A stretch of 64,000 nt of DNA. Origin: Neocallimastix sp. 'constans'. Taxonomy: Eukaryota. This document shows positions 52,991 through 64,000 of this stretch, piece after piece. Each line of letters opens with the position of its first letter. The first letter of the stretch is position 1. The DNA is taken from positions 806,001 to 870,000 of the forward strand of contig JBODTK010000001.1 of the NCBI GenBank assembly GCA_050613775.1. The letters run 5' to 3'. A program made the position numbers and the translations under genes. The notes under the pieces are model-generated. The model was not told the DNA's origin. It saw nothing but the letters and a program-made list of their open reading frames with translations, and did no database searches.

Positions 52991-53814
52991 AAAACTTTGA
53001 ATTTTTAATATTTTTATTTCAAAAAAATTCATGGAAAGAAAAAAAAAATAATAAGAATAAGAATAAGAATAAGATATCCATAAAAATCAAGAAATATTAA
53101 TTGTTCTAATTATTAATAAATAGTAAATAATAAATAAATAAATGCGAAATCATTAATAATAAAATTTAAATATATATATATGATTTAACTTTTTATTATA
53201 TATATATATATAATAAAAAAATAAATAAAATGAACACTTCAAATAATTAAAAAGAAAAATAATAATGACAATAATAAAAAAAATAAAAATAAATAAAATA
53301 ATACTAAAATTAATATTAAAGATATGAAATAAAAATTAAAAATATTTACTAATAAAAAAAAATAAAATAAAATAAAATAATTAATTTGTACAATAATAAT
53401 AATAATAATAAATAATAGTAATACATAAATAACAATAATAACAACTATAATAATAGTATCAATACATTAATAATAATACATAATACATAAATAATTATAA
53501 TAATAATTTTATTATTATTGTTGTTATTATGATCATTAATTCATAAATAATTATAATATTAATATAACAATAATTACTATAATATATAAATAGTAATAAT
53601 GATAATAAAACATTAATAATAATAGATCAAAATTTCATTAATTCTCTTGATATATGTATTAAAATTTAAAAAAAAAAAAAATAAAATAAAATAAAATAAA
53701 ATAAAAATAATAATAATAAAAATAACATTTTAAATTCATATACTTATATATAAAGTGATATTGAAAAAAAAAAATTTCATAATTATTTTCCTAATAAATA
53801 TAATAAATATTTAA

Positions 53815-54760
<946 letters not shown>

Positions 54761-55126
54761 ATCCTTGGTTGTTAATCCGTGGACTAACATACACATAAGA
54801 CTCCAGATTTTCCTCATAAGAGGTTATTTATGATATATGGTGGTTAGGGTTACAGGTAAGTATTTCCCCATACATATATATATAATTATTATTATAAATA
54901 TCCTAAGTAATATAGACAAGATATACTGTCCTAACTGTGGGACTGAGAGAGTTAAACAAGTACTTTCAATTAATATTTTATTTTATAAAAATATATAAAA
55001 ATATTAATTATATAATTATTTTTGAAAATTCTGATAATTTTCAACTATATAAAAATTTAATGAAAAAAATTTTATGTCCTATAAAATTAAGATAAAATAT
55101 AGAAAAAATAAAAAATATAAAAAATA

Positions 55127-55159
<33 letters not shown>

Positions 55160-56116
55160 TATTAAAAACTGTAAAACATTTTATTTGCATCTTAAATAAT
55201 CAAAAAATAAATTATTAAAAAACTTTAATTTTAATATATAATATATTATTAATAAGTTTTTTATATTAACGAAAATATATAAAAATATACATATACATAT
55301 TAATAAATAATTAATTTATATATATTTATTTTATTATTATTAATTTTTTTAATAATTTTATTTTCATAAATTTTCTGTATTTTTTTTTTTTTTTGGTGGC
55401 TTAAATTATTAATAAATTTGAGAATTTTAATTTATATTTATTTGATTTAATGTTAATTTTTAGTCCGGTCAAGATTACGGGTTTTGACTTTACGTCGGAA
55501 GAATTTTTATTATTTTTTTTATGAAACACTTTATATAATTGGTATAATAGAATTAAAAAAATAAATAAATAAAAATAAATAAAAAATTATCTAACTATAA
55601 CTTTCTTCTATTTAATTCTTCAAAAAAAAAAAAATAATAATAATAAAAAATAAAAAATAAAAAATAAAATTATATAATAATTTAATGAATTAATAAATAA
55701 AGAAAAAATTATATAATAATTTAATGAATTAATAAATAAAAAAAAAAATATGTATATATATATATGTAACTAATTTAATATTTTATTATTATTATTATTA
55801 TTAAATCCTTTAAAAAACCTTTTATTATTAAAACAGACACATTATATCAAATAAATTAAATATGAACAAAAAATAAAAATTTTTATCCTAATTTATATAT
55901 AAATATTTTTTTATATTTTTTATTGTATGATTTGTATCATGTATTTTGAGGTTTTATTAAATTATTTTTAACAAACACAAATTAAATATTTATTATAAAA
56001 TATTAGATATTAAATATTAAATAAATTAACTTTTTTATTTATAAATTAATAATATTATAACTTAATATAATAATAATAATAGATTATAAAAACATATATA
56101 TATCAATTTATATAAC

Positions 56117-56152
<36 letters not shown>

Positions 56153-56576
56153 ATTTATCAAAAAATTATATTTCATGTTTTCTAATTAATACGCCACAAA
56201 ACTGGAACTCATTAAAGTTAATAATTCATTTAAACTTTTTTTTATATCTTTTTATTAAAAAAAAAAAATAAAATAAAAATAAAAATAAAAATTGAAATAT
56301 CAAATAATGTTTATTTGTTTATTATTAATTATTAATAATATTTATTAATATTTCATATAGTATTTTATATCATTTCTAATAAAATAAAATACCTTTATTT
56401 TATATATATATATATATTTATTCATATATTTTCTGTATTTTCTATTTATTTCCTAATTCTCTTTTTTTTTTTTTTTTTAATTTTTGATTTAATAAAATTA
56501 TTTTATAATTTATTTTTTTTTATTTTTTAATAATTTTATTAATTAATTATGTAAACTAATAATACGGAATATACAT

Positions 56577-57110
56577 TTCCGATAATAATAAAATTTTTTT
56601 TTTCTTTTTCTTTTTTTTTTTTTAGACTGGGATTAACGATTAACGAGAAGGAAGGATAATAGAATCTTCCAATCTCTCTCCCTTAAACATATCACATATC
56701 AATCAGACCCTGACTCTCATTGAATTCTTTGCCGTTTCGGTGTCGACAAGGGACCTCTCTCTAAGCAAAGCTAATATGAAAGATAATCCCAATTACGCCA
56801 CTTTTATACGAACGGGCTTACTTTCAGTAATCTCTTGAGCCATCATCGAGGAAGGAACAAACTATACTAATCGTACACAGATTAAAATGCCCTCGACACT
56901 AAACCATTTATATAGGCTAGTCTAACAACACTAACTTTAATTTATAAGGAAAAACATCCATCTTGGGAAGATGATAAAAAATCGTCCTCTCCTCTTCTCC
57001 CTATAGAAATTTAAAAGGTAGTCGTAGGATCGATTCAAAAATCTTATGTGAGTTACGAATACTAACCACCAGGATAAAAATAAACTGGAAAGACTTCCGA
57101 TAAAAAAATT
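56577..57110 (-). mobile_element. SINE-like or 5'-truncated retroposon insertion, non-coding and structured
   Basis: About 470-bp GC-enriched block (56624-57094) with a T-tract at 56594-56623 (poly-A on the minus strand). Flanked by direct repeat TTCCGATAA at 56577 and 57095. Confidence 0.45.
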
Positions 57111-58052
57111 ATAAGAAGAAGAAGAAGATATTTAATTTAATTATAATATATACTTTTATTAATTTTATATAAATGAATTAAGTATTAATGAAATAAATAT
57201 AAAAAAAAAAAAAAAAAAAAATTTAATTAAATTTAAAGTAGTATCGTGACTGACTTAAATGTTCATGTGATATGATCTTAATAGAAATATTAAAAATTAA
57301 ATTAATCCATATTATCTATAATACATAAAAAAAATTTTTTTTTAAAAAAATACACGAAAATTACAATTGAATTATGATAATTCTATCGGAATACTTAATT
57401 AATAGAATATCATAATTAAATCAATAATTTCCATACTTTTCCGCTTCTAAAAAATAAACTTATTTTTTCATATTTGATTTAAGGCAATGTTACACAATCT
57501 TATTTTAAAAATTTATATAAATATAACAAAAAATAATTGCTTTTTTTTTTTTTTTTTTTTTTTTTGTATAATAATCAAATACGCCTTAATATACTTCTTT
57601 AAAATTAAATAAAAATATTTCTTACAATAACAAAAAAAAAAAATTCTATTAACAAAAAATAAAATTATAACAATTAAAAAAAAAAAAAAAATCATATTAA
57701 CAAATTTATAATTAACGATATTAAACTCTTAACAACAACATAATAATAATAATACAAATTATTTAAATTAATAATTTTAAATAAAATTAATACAAAAAGC
57801 AGTAATAATAATGATAATAATGTCCTTTTAGTATCATAAAAATAAATTAAAATAAATTACTATTAATTTATCAATATAAAATTGAAAATAATAATAACAA
57901 TAAAAATAATTATAATAATAAAATAAATTATATATTGAAATAATAAAGAAAAAAAATAAATTTTTAAAAGTTTTAACTATCCAATAAAAAAAATAAAATA
58001 AAATAAAATAATAATAAAATAATAATAATAACAATAACAATAATAATAATAA

Positions 58053-60154
58053 ATGAAAATGTCAAACTTAAATAGTAAAAGCAGTGCAAATAGTCTTCAT
58101 GTTAATGAAATTAATGATATAGACCTTTTCAAGCTCGATAGAAAAACAAGAAAAACTAAGATTGTAGCCACTCTTGGTCCTGCTTCCAGGGATAAAATTA
58201 GAGAATTAATTCTTGCTGGTAAATTATTAAAAAAATATATATATTTAATATAAGGATTATTCAAATATATAGATTTAATATAAATATTATTCGTATTATT
58301 CAATAATCCTAAATTTAATATTACATAGAAAAAAAAATTAACTGAAAAAAAAAAATAAAATAAATAAATATAATTTTAATGAAATGAAAATAAATATAGA
58401 GATATATATTCAAATAGAAATATATATTCAAATAAATATGTATTAATATTTTTTTTCTTCTTCTTCTTCTTTTATTATTATTGTTTATTAAAAAAAAAAA
58501 TTAAAAAAAAAATTTTTTCTTTATCAAAGGTGTCAACGTTTTCAGATTAAACTTTTCCCATGTAACCGATTATTCTACTCAAGTTCCAATTATTAGAGAA
58601 ATTAGAGAGGTTAGTAAGGAATTAAATATTTGTGTTGCTATCTTAGGTGATTTATGTGGTCCAAAGATTAGAAATAATGGTTTCAAGGATAGAGATTCTA
58701 TTCCTTTAGAAAAGGGTCAACGCCTCTATTTGAAAGCTAGTTCTGAATTAGGAGATGAAAATACCATTTGTATGAATACTCCTCAAATTATTAAACAACT
58801 TCAACCAGAACATCGTGTTCTTTTAGATGATGGTAATATTTCTTTACGTGTCATAAAACGTATTTCTGAAGATACTTTAGAAGTAGAGGTTCTTTCAGGT
58901 ACAGAATTAAAAGCAAGAAAGGGAATTAATGTTCCAGATCTTCTTGTAGATATTCCAGCGCTAACTGAAAAGGATAAAAGAGATGCTAAATTCATATGGG
59001 ATCAACGTTTAGACTTCATTGCTCTTTCCTTCGTTCAACGTCGACAAGATGTTCAAGATTTAATTGATCTTATGGGTGAATTCCGTAAGGAAGAAGAAGA
59101 AAAGAAAAAGATTTATCCTCCATTAGGAATTCCAGTAGACAAATTTAATGATTATGATTATAGTTATTTAGTAGAAGAAATTCAACTATCACCTGAATGG
59201 AGACCAATGGTAGTTTCAAAGATTGAAAAGCCCCAAGCCTTAGATGAAATTGATGAAATCATAAAGGTATCTGATGCAATTATGGTAGCTCGTGGAGATT
59301 TAGGGGTAGAGTGTCAACTTGAAAAAGTTCCTATTGTTCAAAAGGAATTAATTCGAAAAGTGAATGGAGCTGAGAAGCCAGTGATTACTGCTACTCAAAT
59401 GTTAGAATCTATGATAACTAATCCGGTTCCCACTCGAGCTGAAGTTAGTGATGTTGCTAATGCAGTTTTTGATGGTACGGATGCAGTAATGTTAAGTGGT
59501 GAATGTGCGGCTGGTGCCTATCCAGTAGAATCGGTTAAAATGATGAGTTCTATATGTCGTTTTGCTGAAGAAAATAAGGATTATACCGCCGAGGTGGAAT
59601 TAGATTTAATTAAGAAGACTGGTATCAATGCCTGTAGAAAGAATCCATCTCCATTTATTGATGCTATTGCCGATTCTGCTGTTACTGCAGCAGAAGAGTC
59701 CAATGCCTCCGCTATTATTGTATATACCGATACTGGAGATACCTGTCATATAATTTCAAAACGTCAACGTAACTCGAATATCATTGCCATTACCTATAGT
59801 CGTCATGTTCAACGAAAGCTGGCTATACTTCGTGGAGTTCATCCAATGCTTATTAATTTCAAAAAGAATACGAATTCTCCTGATACGACAATCAATTCAG
59901 AAGAACCCAAAAATAATAATAATCAAATTATTTTTAAGCTCCTCAGCAACTTAAATAGTCACCAATACTATTTAAATACGGATGAAGTTTTAGCCAAGAC
60001 TGAACACACTATCTTAGAACGTCATCCGGATTGGTTAAGTATTGGGGATAAAGTGGTCATTTGTTCAGGTTATCATCCACTCTTACCAGGTTTATGTAAT
60101 ACGGTGAAGTTGTCCTGTTTTGGTGATGCCATTAGAACGGAATCAAAAAATTAA
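58053..60154 (+). CDS. pyk: pyruvate kinase (Lys117, K+-independent type)
   Basis: Exons 58053-58218 and 58530-60154. Motifs KTKIVATLGPAS, GVNVFRLNFSH, DLCGPKIR, SKIEKPQA, MVARGDLGVE, ATQMLESM, PTRAEVSDVANAVFDGTDAVMLSGE. Confidence 0.97.
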
Positions 60155-60228
60155 AATAATATAAATAATTCAAAGTCAAAAAAAAAAAAAAAAAAAAAAA
60201 AAAATTAAAAATTTATTTTTATACTTCA

Positions 60229-60262
<34 letters not shown>

Positions 60263-60975
60263 TTTTTTTTTTTATTCATGAACTAAAATAAATTTTATTT
60301 ATTTAATATTCTATCTTAACTTTGTAAATAAAATAAAAAATAATAAATAAAAAATAAAAAATAAAAAAAATTCTTTTATTCATATCTATTATAAATATTA
60401 TATATTTAAAATTAATTATTAATATACAAAAGAAAAAAAAATAATAATAAAAAAAAATATATATATATATATATAATAAAAAAAAATTATAATAAAATAA
60501 TATATATATATTTATATATATTTATATATATAATGTAAACCATCATCAATAATAAGTAATAATAAAATATTAAAAACCTAAAAATTTAATTAAAAAAAAA
60601 AAAAAAAATACTATTAAAATATTTTTTTTTTGTTATAAATATCCTAATAAATTCTTGTAATATAAATAATAATTTTAATAGAGATTTTTCCAAAATAAAA
60701 TAAAAGTTATATTAATTAACATCTTATTTTATACTATAGAATTACATATAAATTTTAACATTTATTAAATTAATCTTTACATATATAACATATAACACAT
60801 ATGATATAATGTACCACTATTACATCATCTAGTTCACATGTTTATATTATAATCATGTTCATTATATTATACTTTAAATCATATATCTTATAAATATTTA
60901 TATATTTATATATTTATATATATATATATATTATATTTAATCCTATTTGTGCAATTATTAAACTTATTTTCTAGC

Positions 60976-61960
60976 ATTCCCCCCACCCGATAAGTTTAAT
61001 ATTCTTAATTTTTGAATTATAGGGAATTTTTTAAAAAACCTCTTGTCAAACTACCAGTTAAGATATTTTATATGTTCATCAACAAGATTATATTTATTGT
61101 GACTTGATATGCCTCAAATCAATATTACCTTCTTTTATTAACTCTCTTATTTTATGAATATCAACTATGTCTAGAATTCTAGTTTAGAATTTTCATTCTT
61201 ACTGTATCGTAAATGGCGGCCCTATTATCTCTATTTATGATGATGGATTCTAGCTTTTATTCTTAAATTCATTTAATAAAAAATTCTTCATCCACATACA
61301 TTTCCACGCACATTCGTTTAAACTATAGTATTCAACTTTTCTTCCCATAGATATAGCCATACAATGTTGAAATTTTGAATACCATGTTTTCTGGAGCGAA
61401 GCCCCATGAAAATGACATCAAAACCAGTAGTAGATCTTCTAGTTACATCATCACCACCTAGATCAGCATTAACATATGTTCTTACATTAATATATTCTTA
61501 TTATATTTTATTCCGTAATTATTTATTATCTTTCATTCAAATGTCTGAATTATTTTGATTAGACTTCATTCAATCTTCATATGAGGAGTATTTGATTTTT
61601 TTTTTTCTTGAAGTTTTACTTGTAGCATACATTATATCAGGTCTAAGTACTCATAGATGCAACATACAACCAACAGCCTTGCATATATAATGTCTTATCG
61701 AAACCTTTTCTTTCTTAATTCTTTGGTCTTCTTTACACATCATATTATTAGAGACCTCATTATAATGTTCAATATCAAATCTTCCAGAGATTTCATTCAA
61801 ATGTTGTAATTGCTGGATAATATAACCATCTTCACATATAATAAATTTTTATTCCAATTAAGAAATCTACCATATCTAATCTCACTCAAATCAAATTGAT
61901 CTTTTATTTTACCCTTTATTTTTTTTTGTTTATTTCTTTACCTTTAAATGTTAATAATAT
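60976..61960 (-). mobile_element. Ty1/copia LTR retrotransposon relic (RT C-terminus, RNase H, PPT)
   Basis: Minus-strand RPDIMYATSK (~61615-61645), YVNADLGGDDVTRRSTTGF (~61420-61476), DIHKIRELIKEGNIDLRHIKS. Polypurine tract GGGTGGGGGGAA (60988-60977) abuts TG at 60976, the likely start of a 3' LTR running leftward. Confidence 0.85.
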
Positions 61961-62711
61961 ATCATATTTCATATTATGATAGAGACTCCTTAATCTCTTC
62001 AATTCTGTCTCTGTCATCACTTAGATTTGTTTCTGAAATGAGTTTCTAAACTTCCTATGCAGGAGAGGATATGAAGTTCTATACTTAAGGCTAAATCATT
62101 GTTGACACTATTCGAAATGGTTTCTTTAGTTTTAGTATCATTTTTAATAGTAATTTCTTCTGCTCCACTTTTAAAAAATTTAATTAATCATAGAAAATTT
62201 TAATGTATTAAAGAATAAAAAATAAGTTTAAAAGTTAAAATTATTTTCGGTGTGATGGTATACTATTTGTAGTAGTATGATCACCATTAAAATCTAAACT
62301 AATACAACAAATAAGTAACATTCTTTAAAATAGATAGGGTGGTGTCCACTAAACTCTCCTTTGAATCACAAGAAAGATCATCAAAAAAAAAATTGAATTA
62401 CCATAGTATCTGTGTTAAAAAAAAAAAAAAAAAAAAAAAAATGCATAATTAGAACATATTCATTTTTTTACTATCTTATTTTTTAAAAAAAAAAAAAAAT
62501 CATGTAAACCATTAAGGAAAGAAAAATTATAATTATTAATAAAAAAAAAAAAATAGGTTTTAAAATAAAAAAAAAAAAAAAAGGTACAAATTAATGTATA
62601 AAAAAAATATACTTATAAAATTAATTTAATTTCCAAAGTATTAAAAATACTTATTTAATTATAAATTAATAACTATTAAACTGATAATTTTTATTTTATT
62701 ATTAATTAATT

Positions 62712-62752
<41 letters not shown>

Positions 62753-63330
62753 CTTATTTACTTATTTATTTATTTATTTATTTATTTTTTATTTATTTAT
62801 TTATTTATTTATTTATTTTTTAAATTATATTATTTGTCTACAAATTATTAAATTTTTTATTATTTATTATTAATTATTAATTATTCTTTTTTTTTTTTTT
62901 TTTTTTTTTATAGATTAAACAAAATAAATATGAAAGTATGATAAAAACTTATGTATAAATATTTATATATATTTTTTTTATTAATTCTTTTTTTTTTGTT
63001 TTTTTTTTTGTTTTTTTGTTTTTTAATATATGTAATTGTTTTTTTTTTTCTATGTATAATCTATGTTTATTAAAATAATTAATATATATATATATATAAT
63101 TAAAATTTCATTATCATTGGTTAATATTTTTTATGTTATATTTATTTATATCTATATATAAAAATGAACAAGTTATATATTTCCTCTAAATTCCATTTTT
63201 ATTTTATATTATTTTATTTTATTTTATCTTTAAATTTTTCAAAGATTTTCTTTCAATTCCATTTTTTTTTCTTTTTTTTTCTTTTTTTTTTTTTTTTTTT
63301 TCTTCTTTTTTTTTATTTTATTCCTTTATT

Positions 63331-64000
63331 TTAATTAAATTCATTCTCATTCCAATAAGATTTTGATTTTTCCGTTCGAATGGCATCCCCAAAGAATGAA
63401 AATTTAACGGTATTACATAAACCTGGTAAGAGGGCATGATATCCAGCACAAATAACTACTTTATCACCAATTTTAAACCAATCTGGATGACGAGTAATGA
63501 TGGCATGCTCTGTTTTAGCTAGAATAGCATCAGTATTTAAGTAGTCATTATTGATATTTAAGGAACTTAATAAGTGAACAATAATTTGATTATTATTAAT
63601 TTTATTTTCGTCGAGGTTGAATGAGGCATTGCTGTTTCTCTTTTTGAAACTAACAAGCATTGGATGAACTCCACGAAGAACTGTTAGCTTTCGTTGTACA
63701 TGACTATTAGAAGTAATGGCAATCACATTCAAATTTCTACTACGCTTAGAAATCATATGACAAGTATCTCCAGTATCGGTATATACAATAATAGCGGAGG
63801 CATTGGACTCTTCTGCTGCAGTAACAGCAGAATCGGCAATAGCATCAATAAATGGAGATGGATTCTTTCTACGTGCGTTGATACCAGTTTTTCTAATTAA
63901 ATCTAATTCCACCTTAGCAGAGTAATCAGACATTTCTTCAACATAACGACATATAGAACTCATCATTTTAACCGATTCTACTGGATAGGCACCAGCCGCA
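63331..64000 (-). CDS. pyk: pyruvate kinase paralog, 3' part only (runs off the window)
   Basis: AAGAYPVESVKMMSSICR...KNPSPFIDAIADSAVTAAEES...GLCNTVK aligns with the C-terminal part of the 58053-60154 protein. Confidence 0.95.
   Translation of the reverse strand, partial: AAGAYPVESVKMMSSICRYVEEMSDYSAKVELDLIRKTGINARRKNPSPFIDAIADSAVTAAEESNASAIIVYTDTGDTCHMISKRSRNLNVIAITSNSHVQRKLTVLRGVHPMLVSFKKRNSNASFNLDENKINNNQIIVHLLSSLNINNDYLNTDAILAKTEHAIITRHPDWFKIGDKVVICAGYHALLPGLCNTVKFSFFGDAIRTEKSKSYWNENEFN

Noticed and set aside
56690..56790. Hammerhead ribozyme in the SINE-like insert
   Set aside because: CTGATTGA and GAAA occur on the minus strand but do not match the CUGANGA core or the required stem order.

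Overview
Very AT-rich, intron-rich eukaryotic DNA, most likely from an anaerobic gut fungus (Neocallimastigomycota). This is inferred from base composition, fungal dockerin (CBM10-type) relics, a CotH-family gene and a flagellar gene. I assembled the gene models by hand. They are: CFAP70/TTC18 (20 exons), organellar ClpP (9 exons, one of 6 nt), V-ATPase proteolipid c' (Vma11-like), an orphan gene, a membrane-anchored CotH-like gene, a rhomboid protease, an intronless A-T-R (NRPS-like/carboxylic-acid-reductase-like) gene, and two tail-to-tail pyruvate kinase paralogs. Relics include a rearranged LINE, a dockerin-serpin pseudogene, an ankyrin pseudogene, a Ty1/copia fragment and a SINE-like insert. 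The two most notable observations are (1) CFAP70 intron 1, which reads as a U12-type AT-AC intron and would imply a working minor spliceosome, and (2) the stand-alone A-T-R enzyme, whose A domain is acyl-CoA-ligase-like. Also noted: a K+-independent-type pyruvate kinase, a probable CotH pseudokinase and an unexplained structured GC-rich island at 2777-2926. No database searches were run; family calls rest on recognised motifs.
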